Positions 11,009 to 20,341 of a DNA stretch of 64,000 bases are shown here, piece after piece; within the stretch, counting starts at the first letter, position 1; every line of letters begins with the position of its first letter. The DNA is from an uncultured Thermus sp. (GTDB lineage Bacteria > Deinococcota > Deinococci > Deinococcales > Thermaceae): the NCBI GenBank assembly GCA_947085095.1, contig CAMTVD010000001.1, forward strand, positions 1 through 64,000. The letters run 5' to 3'. The notes under the pieces are model-generated. The model was given only the letters and a program-made list of their open reading frames with translations, was not told the origin of the DNA and did not search any database. The position numbers were made by a program, and so were the translations under genes.

Positions 11009-12652
11009 GTGCGGGGGCTGTGGCTTGGGCTTTTCCTTCTGACCGCCTGCGGGGCCCAGGGCCTGCCCGAGCCCTACGCCCTCCTGGAGAGGGGGGAGGC
11101 CGAGGTCTTGCGCCAGGTGGCCCTTGGGGGGGAAGGCTACGCGGCCCTCCTGGCGGGGTGGCGGCTTTTGGGAAGGGAAGGGATCCCCCTTTCTGAGCGG
11201 GCGGAGTACGCCTGGCGCTACGCCCTCTTCCTGGAGGGGGTGAGGGCCTTTGAGCCCGGGTGGGAGGCCAGGGAGGCCTGGCGGGTGGCGGCCCCCCTCT
11301 TGCAGGAGGCGGGGGACCCCAGGGCCTTTTCCGCCTGGGAGAGGCTCTTGCCCGCGAAGGAGGCGGTGGCCGCCCTCCTCGCCCTGGGGGAGGGGGAGAG
11401 GCTTTGGGAGGCCCTCTTCCGGGGGCGGGCCTACGAGGCCCTCCTGAGCGTGCTTCCCCCCGGGAAGAGGCCCGACCTCAGGGCCCAGGCCCTCTTCCGG
11501 TTGGGGCGGTACCGGGAGGCTCTGCCCTTTTACCGGGCCTGGGCGCGGGAGGACCCCAGGGGGTATCTGGGCCTGGGGTACGCCCTCCTGCGGCTTGGGC
11601 GGCTGGAGGAGGCCCTTTCGGCCTTCGTCCAGTACGACCACCCCGAGGCCCGCTACGGCCAGGGGCGGGTTCTAGAGGAGCAGGGGCTTTTCCTGGAGGC
11701 CGTGGCCGCCTACCGCAAAAGCACCCCCGAGGGCCTCTGGCGGGCCACGGGGCTTTTGGAGCGCCTAGGGCTTCAGAAGGAGGCCTTAGAGCTTTACCTC
11801 TCCCTCGCCCAAACGAACAGCCCCTACGCCGATGACGCCGCCCTCAGGGCCCATTTCCTGGCGGGGGAGCTGGGGCTAAGGGGGGCCAGGGAGGAGGCCT
11901 ACGTCCTCCTTGGCGGGGGATTGGGCCTGATCCTGGGCAAGGTTCCTCCTCCTCCGCCCCCTGTCCCGGAAGCCTCCCCGCCCCCGGAAGCCCCCCTGGT
12001 GGAGGCCCTGGTGCGGGCCGGGAAGGAGGCCTGGGCCCGGGGGGTGGCGCGCTACGCCCTCTGGACCAGGCCCCGGGACTGGCCCAGCCTGGTCCCCCTT
12101 TTCTACCGCCTGGGGATGTACCGGGAGGGGATCCGGGCCGCCTGGCCCACCGCCTTGGCCTACCCCAGGCCCTACCGGGACTGGGTGGAGGCCTACGCCG
12201 GGAAGGAGGGCCTGGACCCCGACCTCCTCTACGCCCTCCTCCACGTGGAAAGCCGCTTTGACCCCAGGGCGGTGAGTCCCACGGGGGCCTTGGGCTTGGC
12301 CCAGTTCCTCAAGAGCACCTGGGCCGACGTGGCCAGGATGCTGGGGGAACCCCCCGCCGACCCCTTTGACCCGGAAAGCGCCATCCGCTACGCCGCCCGC
12401 TACCTGCGCTGGCTTTTGGAAAGGTGCCGGGGGACGGGGCTTGGGGGCCTCGAGGCCACCCTTTGCGCCCTCACCGCCTACAACGGGGGGATCGGCTACA
12501 CCCTGAGGGGGATGGAGCGGGAAGGGGGGCTTTACCCCTTCCTCCGCTTCCAGGAGCGGGACGAGCCCCGGGAGTACCTGGCCAAGGTCCTCGCCGCCTA
12601 CGCCGCCTACCGGGTCATTCCTGAACCCGTGAGCCCCGCTCCGTCCAGGTGA
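11009..12652 (+). CDS. Lipoprotein lytic transglycosylase (TPR + SLT domain)
   Basis: Lipobox LLTAC, TPR-like repeats, SLT motifs VESRF, GALGLAQF, AYNGG. Confidence 0.88.
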   Translation: MRGLWLGLFLLTACGAQGLPEPYALLERGEAEVLRQVALGGEGYAALLAGWRLLGREGIPLSERAEYAWRYALFLEGVRAFEPGWEAREAWRVAAPLLQEAGDPRAFSAWERLLPAKEAVAALLALGEGERLWEALFRGRAYEALLSVLPPGKRPDLRAQALFRLGRYREALPFYRAWAREDPRGYLGLGYALLRLGRLEEALSAFVQYDHPEARYGQGRVLEEQGLFLEAVAAYRKSTPEGLWRATGLLERLGLQKEALELYLSLAQTNSPYADDAALRAHFLAGELGLRGAREEAYVLLGGGLGLILGKVPPPPPPVPEASPPPEAPLVEALVRAGKEAWARGVARYALWTRPRDWPSLVPLFYRLGMYREGIRAAWPTALAYPRPYRDWVEAYAGKEGLDPDLLYALLHVESRFDPRAVSPTGALGLAQFLKSTWADVARMLGEPPADPFDPESAIRYAARYLRWLLERCRGTGLGGLEATLCALTAYNGGIGYTLRGMEREGGLYPFLRFQERDEPREYLAKVLAAYAAYRVIPEPVSPAPSR

Positions 12653-13775
12653 TGAGGGGCTTGAGGGCGAAGGGGGCGAGGAGGGTGGTGAAGACCACCA
12701 TGAAGAGGACGATGGCGTACTCCTCCTCGTTTACCGCCCCCGCCGAAAGCCCCAGGGCGGCCACGATCAGGCCCACCTCGCCCCGGGGGGCCATGCCCAC
12801 CCCCACGGTGAGGGCGCTCCGCACCCCCTGGGTGAGGGCCCCCAGGAACCCGCCCAGGACCTTGCCCAGGATGGCGATCACCGTGACCACGCTGCCCGAG
12901 AGGAGGACCGCCGGGTTCATGAGGGCGGAAAGCTCCAGCCGCACCCCCACCATGGCGAAAAAGAGGGGGGCGAGGAAGCTCTCTATGGCGAAGATGGGCT
13001 CCTCCAGCTTGTACTTTTCCCGGACCTCGGAGAGGAGCATCCCCCCCAGGAAGGCCCCCACGATGGGGGCGAGCCCGATGCTGGCCGCCAAGGCCGCCAT
13101 CCCCACCCCCAGGGTCAGGGCGAAGCCCAGGGGGCTGCCCACGGGGAGTCTTTCTATGGGCAGGCGGGCGACCAGGGTGGAAAGGAAGACGGCGAGGCCC
13201 ACGAAGACCGCGGAGAGGACCACCAGTTGCGCGATGGCCCCTGTCTCCACCTGGCCCGTCTTGGCCACCCCGTTCACCACCGCCAGCACGATGAGGCCCA
13301 GGATATCGTCAATGACCGCCGCCCCCAGGATGACCCGGGCGTAAGGGCGGGAGAGGACCCCGAGCTCCTGCAAGACCCTCGCGGTGATGCCCACGCTGGT
13401 GGCCACCAAGGCGGTGCCCAGGAAGAGAGAGGGGAGGGTCTCAAAGCCGATCTGGAGGCCGAACAAATACCCCCCCAGGAAGGGGAAGGCCACCCCCAGG
13501 ACCGCCACCAAAAAGGCCTCCTTGCCCACGGCCAGGATGTCCCTGAGCCGGGTTTCCAGGCCCACCATGAAGAGGAGGAAGATGGCCCCGAGTTCCGCCA
13601 AAAACTCCAGGATCTTCCCCTCGTGCACCAGGCCCAAAAGGGCCGGGCCCACCAGAACGCCCGCCAGCACCTCCCCGATGACCACGGGCTGGTTGAGGCG
13701 CTTGAACAGGTAGGCCATGGCCTGGGCCGCCAGGAGAAGATAAAATACCTCCAGGATATGCTCGGCTCCGTGCAT
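12615..13775 (-). CDS. napA: Na+/H+ antiporter (CPA2)
   Basis: Closely matches the recalled T. thermophilus NapA sequence (MHGAEH..., AAVIDD ion-binding motif, MAPRGEV). Confidence 0.92.
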   Translation of the reverse strand: MHGAEHILEVFYLLLAAQAMAYLFKRLNQPVVIGEVLAGVLVGPALLGLVHEGKILEFLAELGAIFLLFMVGLETRLRDILAVGKEAFLVAVLGVAFPFLGGYLFGLQIGFETLPSLFLGTALVATSVGITARVLQELGVLSRPYARVILGAAVIDDILGLIVLAVVNGVAKTGQVETGAIAQLVVLSAVFVGLAVFLSTLVARLPIERLPVGSPLGFALTLGVGMAALAASIGLAPIVGAFLGGMLLSEVREKYKLEEPIFAIESFLAPLFFAMVGVRLELSALMNPAVLLSGSVVTVIAILGKVLGGFLGALTQGVRSALTVGVGMAPRGEVGLIVAALGLSAGAVNEEEYAIVLFMVVFTTLLAPFALKPLITWTERGSRVQE

Positions 13776-14227
13776 CAACCCCTCCCGAAGATGAGCTTTA
13801 AGAAGTCACTGCGGGTGAGGATGCCCACCACCCTGTTTTCCCGGTCCACCACGGGCAGGTGGCGGATATCGGTGGTGAGGAGGACCTGGAGGGCCTTGCC
13901 CAGGGGGTCCTCCGGGTGCACCCGGGGAAGGTCCCGACGCATGACCGTCCGCACCGGGGTGCTCTGGTAACGGCGGTAGATCTCCTTGAGGGTGCCCTCG
14001 TCCACCCATTCCCCAAAAAGCTGGAGGGCCTCCACGTCGGAGAAGGGGACGTTCTCTGGCCTAGGGAGAAGCTCCTCCACCTGCAAGAGGCCGAGAAGCC
14101 GGCCTTCCTCGTCCACCACGGGAAAGCCCCCGTAGCGGGTTTCCAGGATTTTGCGGGCGGCCTCCTCGAGGGTGGCCTCGGGCCTTAGGGTCTCGGGGGC
14201 CCCGGTCATCAGGTCCGCTACCTTCAT
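13775..14227 (-). CDS. CBS-domain protein
   Basis: Two CBS repeats (GFPVVD..., HLPVVD...GILTRSD); TGATG overlap with napA. Confidence 0.9.
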   Translation of the reverse strand: MKVADLMTGAPETLRPEATLEEAARKILETRYGGFPVVDEEGRLLGLLQVEELLPRPENVPFSDVEALQLFGEWVDEGTLKEIYRRYQSTPVRTVMRRDLPRVHPEDPLGKALQVLLTTDIRHLPVVDRENRVVGILTRSDFLKLIFGRG

Positions 14228-14237
14228 GGTCCAGAGT

Positions 14238-14870
14238 CTACCAGCGATGCCAACGCCTCGCCAAACGGGGACCCGCCCAGACCCCGAAGAGGAACCCCCC
14301 CAGGTGGGCCCACCAGGCCACCCCCGGCAGGCCCAAAAGCCCCTGGAAGAGCTGGAGGAGGGCCCAGTACCCCAGGTAGACCCCCGCCGGGAAGGTGACG
14401 AAAAGGGGAAAGATGAAGAGGATCAAGGATACCACGTAAGCCCGAGGGAAGAGGGCGTAGTAGGCCCCCAGCACGGCGGAGACCGCCCCGCTGGCCCCAA
14501 TCATGGGGATGGGGGAGCTGGGCATGAAAAGGCCCTGGGCCAGGGCCGCCGCCACCCCGCCCAGGAGGTAGAAGAGGAGGAAGCGGCCATGGCCCATGCG
14601 GTCCTCCACGTTGTCCCCGAAGACCCAGAGGAACCACATGTTGGAGAGGATATGGAAGAACCCCCCGTGGAGGAACATGCTGGTGAAAAGGCGGTACCCC
14701 TCCCCAAAGGGGTCCTGGAAGAAGAGGGCGGGGATGAAGCCGTAGGCCTGGATCACCGCCTCCGGGCCCCAAGCCAGCTCCAGGAGGAAGGCCAGGACGT
14801 TGACCAGGACCAGGCCCTTCACCACCCAGGCGGGGCGGCGGGCGTGGTTCAGATCGTAGAGAGGGAACAC
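14238..14870 (-). CDS. Rhomboid intramembrane serine protease
   Basis: FLHGGFFHILSNM, GASG catalytic Ser, AHLGG catalytic His. Confidence 0.92.
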   Translation of the reverse strand: MFPLYDLNHARRPAWVVKGLVLVNVLAFLLELAWGPEAVIQAYGFIPALFFQDPFGEGYRLFTSMFLHGGFFHILSNMWFLWVFGDNVEDRMGHGRFLLFYLLGGVAAALAQGLFMPSSPIPMIGASGAVSAVLGAYYALFPRAYVVSLILFIFPLFVTFPAGVYLGYWALLQLFQGLLGLPGVAWWAHLGGFLFGVWAGPRLARRWHRW

Positions 14871-15707
14871 CTACCGGCCTCCCGTGCCTTCTCCCTGGCG
14901 GTAGGGGAGGGGCACGTACTGCACGCTGGGCCGCTGCCCCTGGGCCTGGGGGTAGAGGTCCATGAGCTCGTAGACCTCGAGGGGCATCTCCGTGGAGACC
15001 TTGAGCCCCAGCTCCCGGGCCTGGGCCACGTCAATGGGGTAGTCGTGGGTCCAGGTGCCCTGGGAAAGGGCATGGGCCACCTCCTCGGCCCTTTCCTCGG
15101 GCATGTGCTTTTTGAGGAGGTTCTTCACCGTGGCCTTGACCTGCCTCAGGGCCTTCTCCGCTACGTCGGCCAGGATCAGGGTCTGGTCGTCTATCTCCTG
15201 GAGGGGCTTCTTCTCCAGGACCTTGAGGATGCTGGCGGCGGGGTACTGGCCCAGCTGGGGGTCTACTGGGCCTAAGACGGCGTTCTCGTCCATGACGATC
15301 TCATCGGCGGCCAAGGCGATCAGGGTCCCCCCGGACATGGCGTAGTGGGGGACGAAGACCGTGACCTTGGCGGGGTGGCGGAGGAGGGCTTCGGCGATCT
15401 GCTCCGCCGCCAGGACCAAGCCCCCCGGGGTGTGGAGGACCAGGTCTATGGGCACGTTCTTGTCGGTGAGGCGGATGGCCCTCAGGACCTGCTCCGAGTC
15501 GTCAATGCTGATGAAGCGGCTGATGGGGATGCCCAAAAAGCTCACCGCCTCCTGGCGGTGGATGAGGGTGATGACCCGGCTCTTCCGCTTCCTTTCCAGC
15601 TCGGCGATCTTCCGGGCCCTGGATCCCAGGAGCATTTGTTGCTGCAGGTAGGGGGTGAGGACGGAAAGGATGAAAAAAAGCCAGAAAAGCTGGAAAAAGA
15701 TCTCCAT
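14871..15707 (-). CDS. SDH_sah / Clp-fold membrane-anchored serine protease
   Basis: N-terminal TM segment; LHTPGG, AMSGGTLIALAAD, GPVDPQ, WTHDYPI motifs. Confidence 0.88.
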   Translation of the reverse strand: MEIFFQLFWLFFILSVLTPYLQQQMLLGSRARKIAELERKRKSRVITLIHRQEAVSFLGIPISRFISIDDSEQVLRAIRLTDKNVPIDLVLHTPGGLVLAAEQIAEALLRHPAKVTVFVPHYAMSGGTLIALAADEIVMDENAVLGPVDPQLGQYPAASILKVLEKKPLQEIDDQTLILADVAEKALRQVKATVKNLLKKHMPEERAEEVAHALSQGTWTHDYPIDVAQARELGLKVSTEMPLEVYELMDLYPQAQGQRPSVQYVPLPYRQGEGTGGR

Positions 15708-15768
15708 AGGCGCCTCCCACGAATCAGGCTACCTCAAAAGAAGTGAAAAGAGTAAGGCGAGCGAAGCC

Positions 15769-16902
15769 TCAGCCGGCTTTGGCCGCGGCCCGCGCTTTCT
15801 TTTCCGGGGGGAAGAGGGCCTTCCCGATCTCGGGGGCGAAGCGGATGAGGAGAGCCCCCAAGGGAATGGAGAGGAGGACCAAAAGCACCGCCACCTGGGC
15901 CACCAGCGGGTAGCCCTGGGCTAAGGCCAGGCTTCCCAGGACCAGGTTGAACTCTCCCCGGGGGACCAGGTAGAGGGCGGCGTAAAGCCGCCTTTTCCGC
16001 CCCAGGCCCGCCTGGGCTCCTCCCAGGTGGTTGAGGGGGAGCTTGAATACAAGCCCCAGGAGGGCCAGGCCCACCCCCAGGGGAGTGAGATCCTGGAGAA
16101 GACCCAAAGCCTCCGCTCCCACCACCAAGAAGAAGAGGGCCACCCCCAGGTCCCGCACCGGACCAAAGAGGTGCTCCAACCTTTCCCTTAGGCCCAAGGA
16201 GGCGGCGATGACCCCAGAGAGGAAGGCCCCAACCCCTTCCGAGGCCCCCAGGGCGTGGAAGAGGAGAGCGGTCCCCGTGGTGAAGGCGGCCCCCAGGAGG
16301 AGGAGCAGCTCATGGGAGAGGCCCTCCATGAAGCGCACCAGAGTAGGTCCTAAGAAGCGGGCGAAGGCCAGGTAGGCCAGGGCCAGGAGGACCCCCGCCA
16401 GGAACCCGCCGGGGCCGTGCCCGCCCAGGAGGGCGAGGAGAACGGCGATGACCAGGTCCTCCAGCACCAAGACCCCCAGGACCACCTCGCTTTCCGGGTT
16501 GGCGGCCCGGCGCAGGTCCACGATCAGCTTTACGATGACGGCGCTGGAGCTGATGTAGAGGACCCCGGCGAGGAGGGCGGCCCCCCTGAGGTCCAGTCCC
16601 GCCAGGAGACCGAGGAGGAAGCCCAAAGGGAGGGCCAAGGCGTCGTAGAAGCCGGCCCGGGTGGCCTTACTGGAGAGCTCCTTTAGCCGGTCCGGGCCGA
16701 ACTCCAGCCCCACGGAGAAGAGGAGGAGCAAAAGCCCCAAGGAGGGGAGGGGCTCCAGCTCCTCCACGGGGAGGCGGTGGCCCATAAGGAGGCCCGTGAG
16801 GAGGTAGACGGGCAAGGGGGGGAAGCCAAAGCGATGCACCAGGGCCGCTCCCAAGGCCAAAAGCCCTGCGGCCAGGGCGAAGGCTTCCAGGGAAGGGTGC
16901 AT
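15769..16902 (-). CDS. Cation:proton antiporter (CPA2, KhtU/KefB-like)
   Basis: Multi-TM protein; LFSVGLEF, SSSAVIVK, LVLEDL, PRGEF. Confidence 0.88.
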   Translation of the reverse strand: MHPSLEAFALAAGLLALGAALVHRFGFPPLPVYLLTGLLMGHRLPVEELEPLPSLGLLLLLFSVGLEFGPDRLKELSSKATRAGFYDALALPLGFLLGLLAGLDLRGAALLAGVLYISSSAVIVKLIVDLRRAANPESEVVLGVLVLEDLVIAVLLALLGGHGPGGFLAGVLLALAYLAFARFLGPTLVRFMEGLSHELLLLLGAAFTTGTALLFHALGASEGVGAFLSGVIAASLGLRERLEHLFGPVRDLGVALFFLVVGAEALGLLQDLTPLGVGLALLGLVFKLPLNHLGGAQAGLGRKRRLYAALYLVPRGEFNLVLGSLALAQGYPLVAQVAVLLVLLSIPLGALLIRFAPEIGKALFPPEKKARAAAKAG

Positions 16903-17375
16903 CAGAGGCTCCTCTTCAGGGCTTCCAGCGCCTCCCGGCTTCCCGCCAGCACCAGGGTGTCCCCCACCTCCAAGGCCACCCCCGGCCCAGGGTTCGGTAA
17001 TAGGGGGGCCCCGGGCCGGTCCACGGCCAGGAGGTGGGCCCCGGGGGGTAAGGGGATCTCCTCCACCCTCTTGCCCACCAAAGGGGAGCCGGGCAGGACC
17101 TTGATCCACTCAATGACCTTTTCCCCCAGCTTGCTCTGGGTATCCCCCACCGCTTCGGGGTGGAAGAGGACCCCGGCCAGGATGGCCCCCACTTCCCGGG
17201 CCTCCTCGTCGGTGAGGTCCAAAGCGGCCGTGGGCTCGTCCTCCTCCCCCGCCTCAAAGTACTGAAGCTCCCGCTTGCCCGAGGTGTGCACCACGATGAC
17301 CAGCCGGTCCCCGCTTTGCACCGTGATGATGAACTTCCGCCCCACGCCGGGCAGGGCCACCTCTTCCACCCTCAT
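16902..17375 (-). CDS. Antiporter regulatory subunit (KhtT-like, TrkA-C/RCK_C domain)
   Basis: LPGVGRKF N-terminus and C-terminal RCK_C (GSPLVGK...GDTLVLAG); coupled to the antiporter gene. Confidence 0.85.
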   Translation of the reverse strand: MRVEEVALPGVGRKFIITVQSGDRLVIVVHTSGKRELQYFEAGEEDEPTAALDLTDEEAREVGAILAGVLFHPEAVGDTQSKLGEKVIEWIKVLPGSPLVGKRVEEIPLPPGAHLLAVDRPGAPLLPNPGPGVALEVGDTLVLAGSREALEALKRSL

Positions 17376-17791
17376 GACGACCTCCTAGGGGAAAACCGCA
17401 CCGCCAGGGTGCGCCCGGCCACCAGGGCCAGGATGCCCATGGTCCAGAAGAATAGATCTAGCCCAGAAAGCTTCTCGGCGAAGAGGAGAAGGAGAAGCTC
17501 CCTAAGGGCCAAGGCCACCCCGATCTCCAGGAGGACCTCGAGGCGCACCCTTTCAAACTCAAAGTACTCCACGAAGACCCGGGCCAGCTCCAGGACGACC
17601 ACCAGGCTAAGGACGTTGGTGATCAGCTCCTTGAGGCCCAGGCGTACCGTGGGCTCGCTGAGGGTAAGGCCCAGCTCCAAGAAGGTGCGCCCCACCCCCA
17701 CGAAAAGCCCGATAAGAAGGGCCACCAGCACCAGATTGAAGACCAGCCGGGTGGCCCGGCGGTAGAGAAAAAGGGGTAGATCCTGGCTCAT
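17372..17791 (-). CDS. PsiE-family membrane protein
   Basis: Four TM segments with VVLEL...YF and ALRELL pattern of PsiE-like proteins. Confidence 0.75.
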   Translation of the reverse strand: MSQDLPLFLYRRATRLVFNLVLVALLIGLFVGVGRTFLELGLTLSEPTVRLGLKELITNVLSLVVVLELARVFVEYFEFERVRLEVLLEIGVALALRELLLLLFAEKLSGLDLFFWTMGILALVAGRTLAVRFSPRRSS

Positions 17792-17793
17792 CC

Positions 17794-18240
17794 TCAGAGA
17801 AGGAGGTTAAAGACCCGCTCAGCCCGCTCATGGTGTTCGGTTTGCGGGTTCTTAAGCATGGGGTCCAGCTCCTTCAGCACCCGGGCGTAGGCCACCACCA
17901 AGGCCCCCACGATCTCGGGAAGTAGGTTCCGCACGTCCTCGGAGATCTCCAGGTCCAAAGGGGGAAGGGTAGCCAGAGTGTCCAGAACGGGTTTGAGCTC
18001 CAAGGTGGTGTCCATAGCGCGGAACTCCTTGAGGGTTTCCTGAAGCCCCTTGGTAATGGGCACATCCGGCTCAAAGATGATGTCCCGGCCGTTGTACTTG
18101 GCGTGACGCTCGGCTACCACCAGCAGGTCGTAGACCTTGTTGCGGAGAAAGTCCGAAAGGCGCTTCAGGTCATTTTTGTCCACGTCCAGGCCGGCGGCCA
18201 GCCGGAAAAGCTTTTCAAACTCGGCGATTTTCATCAACAT
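17794..18240 (-). CDS. DUF1931 histone-fold (doublet) protein
   Basis: FEKLFRLAAGLDVDKND...AKYNGRDII...DVPITKGLQE pattern of the Aq_328/DUF1931 family. Confidence 0.85.
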   Translation of the reverse strand: MLMKIAEFEKLFRLAAGLDVDKNDLKRLSDFLRNKVYDLLVVAERHAKYNGRDIIFEPDVPITKGLQETLKEFRAMDTTLELKPVLDTLATLPPLDLEISEDVRNLLPEIVGALVVAYARVLKELDPMLKNPQTEHHERAERVFNLLL

Positions 18241-18258
18241 GGCGTCACCTCCCAGGTA

Positions 18259-18296
18259 AGGGTACCCCTTGAGTCTAAATGTGTCAAGTATCTTGC
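18259..18296 (-). promoter_or_regulatory. Promoter of the DUF1931 operon with overlapping HAIR-like operator
   Basis: Minus strand TTGACA-N17-TACCCT; plus strand CTTGAGT-N7-TGTCAAG at 18268-18288. Confidence 0.7.
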
Positions 18297-18331
18297 GTAA
18301 ACCACCCCCTGGGGGTGGGAGCGTTATGGGT

Positions 18332-18745
18332 CTACGCTTCCTTCACGGGAATCCTGACCGGGGGCTCCTCGGGGCGCTTCTCCCTGGGGATCCTCACCTC
18401 CAGCACCCCCTTGCGGAGGTGGGCCTCAATCCCTTCCTTCCTGGCGTCCTTGGGCAGGAGGTAGGCCCGGTAGATGCGCCCATAGGCGATCTCCGCCAGG
18501 TGCTTGGTGCGCCTCTCCTCCCGCTTTTCCCCCTCTACGACCAGCTGGTCCCCCTCGAGGCGAACCTCCAGGTTCTCGGGGCCCAGGCCCGGCACCTCCA
18601 CCCGCAGGAGGTAGTGGTCTTCGTGCTCGGAAAGCTCGGAGAGGGGCTCCAGGACCTCTCCCGTCTCCCGGAAGGCTTTTTCCAAAGCCTCTTCTACCGC
18701 TTTGCGGAAGCGGGAACGGCCAAAGGGCCAGATCTTCTCCAGCAT
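18332..18745 (-). CDS. Hsp20 / alpha-crystallin small heat shock protein
   Basis: VEVPG, YGRIYRAYLLP, GVLEVRIP, C-terminal VRIPV motif. Confidence 0.9.
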   Translation of the reverse strand: MLEKIWPFGRSRFRKAVEEALEKAFRETGEVLEPLSELSEHEDHYLLRVEVPGLGPENLEVRLEGDQLVVEGEKREERRTKHLAEIAYGRIYRAYLLPKDARKEGIEAHLRKGVLEVRIPREKRPEEPPVRIPVKEA

Positions 18746-18758
18746 CTTTTTCCCTCCT

Positions 18759-19178
18759 TCAGCCCAGATAGGGCTTCAACCTTTCCTCTAAAACCCGTTT
18801 GGGCGCCGCCCCCACCCAGGTGGCCACGGGGTGGCCCTTCTGGAAGAGCATCAGGGTGGGGACGCTCATCACCCGGTACCGCCCCGCCAGCGGAGGGTTC
18901 CGGTCGGTGTTCACCTTCACCACCTTGAGCCTGCCCGCCTGCTCCCGGGCCAGCGCCTCCAGCACCGGGGCCACCAGGCGGCAGGGGCCGCACCAGGGGG
19001 CAAAGAAGTCCACCAGGACCAGGGGCGCCCCCGCCACCTCCTTCGGGAAGCTCCTTTCGTCCGCCTCCACGATCCAGGGAAGGGGGCTTTTGCAGGCCCC
19101 GCAGACGGGCACCTGGCCCGGTGGGGGTGTTCCCAGACGGTTTTTGGCGCCGCAGTTGGGGCAGGTGACGGTGCTCAT
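18759..19178 (-). CDS. trxC: Thioredoxin 2 (zinc-finger thioredoxin)
   Basis: N-terminal CPNC...CGAC zinc finger plus WCGPC active site. Confidence 0.9.
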   Translation of the reverse strand: MSTVTCPNCGAKNRLGTPPPGQVPVCGACKSPLPWIVEADERSFPKEVAGAPLVLVDFFAPWCGPCRLVAPVLEALAREQAGRLKVVKVNTDRNPPLAGRYRVMSVPTLMLFQKGHPVATWVGAAPKRVLEERLKPYLG

Positions 19179-19182
19179 AGGG

Positions 19183-19210
19183 AAAAAGGCCCCGCCCGAG
19201 GGCGGGGCCT
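19183..19210 (-). terminator. Intrinsic terminator between the metallophosphoesterase gene and trxC
   Basis: AGGCCCCGCCC-TC-GGGCGGGGCCT followed by TTTT on the minus strand. Confidence 0.65.
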
Positions 19211-19214
19211 CTCC

Positions 19215-19901
19215 TTAGCGGACGTTCCCCGTCTCCAGCTTCCTGGACCGGAGGTCCAAGAGGCTGTACTCCCCCTCGGAGAGGTCTCCGGGGACCACCA
19301 CCCAGCTCGCCCCCAGCATCTCGTGCTTCTGGCCCCGGCCCGCCACGAGGGCCACCAAGGGGTTGTGGGTCTTGATGAGGTGGGCCACCTCGTGGGAGCC
19401 GCCCTCTCCCAGGCCCTTGTGGAAGGGCCGGGTGTGGAAGAGGAAGATCTTGGGGTAGTCCTTGAGCTCCCAGAGGGCCTTGAGGTGGTACTCGGCCACC
19501 CAGGCGGGGTAGCGGAGGGCCTCCTTCTCCTCGGGCTCTCCGTCGTCAGTGATCTCCCCGCCGATGCCGGCCACCAGGTAGGGTCCCCTCCAGAAGGTGA
19601 AGGTCTCGTGGACGTTACGCATCTCGGGCCGGACCAGTTCGGTGTTGGCGGCTTCCCGGAGGTATTCCCAAATGGGGGCGTCCTCGGGGCCGGGGATGTA
19701 GGCGGTGGGGAGATGGATCTCGGCGAGGACGCGGAAGAAGGTGGCGTAGTCCCGGCTCTTGGCGGTCTTGGGCATGAGGTTGCCGATGACCGCCACCGCG
19801 TCCGCCCCGGTGTCCGGGGCCACCTTGGCGAACTTCTCCAGGGCCTCCAGGTCCCCCATGGGGTTGGAAGTGGCCAGGATGTAGCGAACCGTCCTCCGCA
19901 T
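19215..19901 (-). CDS. Calcineurin-like metallophosphoesterase (degenerate motifs, TT1561-like)
   Basis: ILATSN, AVIGNL, IPGPED, LFHTRP: metallophosphoesterase fold with altered metal ligands. Confidence 0.75.
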   Translation of the reverse strand: MRRTVRYILATSNPMGDLEALEKFAKVAPDTGADAVAVIGNLMPKTAKSRDYATFFRVLAEIHLPTAYIPGPEDAPIWEYLREAANTELVRPEMRNVHETFTFWRGPYLVAGIGGEITDDGEPEEKEALRYPAWVAEYHLKALWELKDYPKIFLFHTRPFHKGLGEGGSHEVAHLIKTHNPLVALVAGRGQKHEMLGASWVVVPGDLSEGEYSLLDLRSRKLETGNVR

Positions 19902-19913
19902 GCTTCACCTCCC

Positions 19914-20327
19914 TCACTCCACCTGCACCGGGATCTTCTTGGGCCGGGTCTCCTCCGCCCGGGGCACCAGGAGGTGCAAGACCCCGTGGCGGAAGCGGGC
20001 CTGCACCCGGGAGAGGTCGTAGGTGCTGGGGATGTTGAAGCTGCGGGCGAAGGTGCCGTAGGGGCCCTCGAGGCGGTGGTAGGCCACGCCCTCCTTCTTC
20101 TCAAAGGGCCTCTCCGCTTTCACGGAGAGCACCCCCTCCTCGGCCACCACTTCCACCTTCTCCGGCGCCACCCCCGGCAGGTAGACGAGGAGGTGGAGCC
20201 CCTCGCCGTCCTCCACCACGTCCACCAGGGGGGCGTAGACCCTGGGCCCCTGCTGGGGGGCGCCCAGGGTGCGGGTCAGCCTCTCCTGCAACTCCTCCAG
20301 CTCCCTAAAAGGATCAAACCGGATCAT
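19914..20327 (-). CDS. Hsp20 / alpha-crystallin small heat shock protein
   Basis: RFDPFREL, YLPGV, YGTFARSF, GVLHL, KKIPV. Confidence 0.92.
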   Translation of the reverse strand: MIRFDPFRELEELQERLTRTLGAPQQGPRVYAPLVDVVEDGEGLHLLVYLPGVAPEKVEVVAEEGVLSVKAERPFEKKEGVAYHRLEGPYGTFARSFNIPSTYDLSRVQARFRHGVLHLLVPRAEETRPKKIPVQVE

Positions 20328-20341
20328 GCTTACCACCTCCC

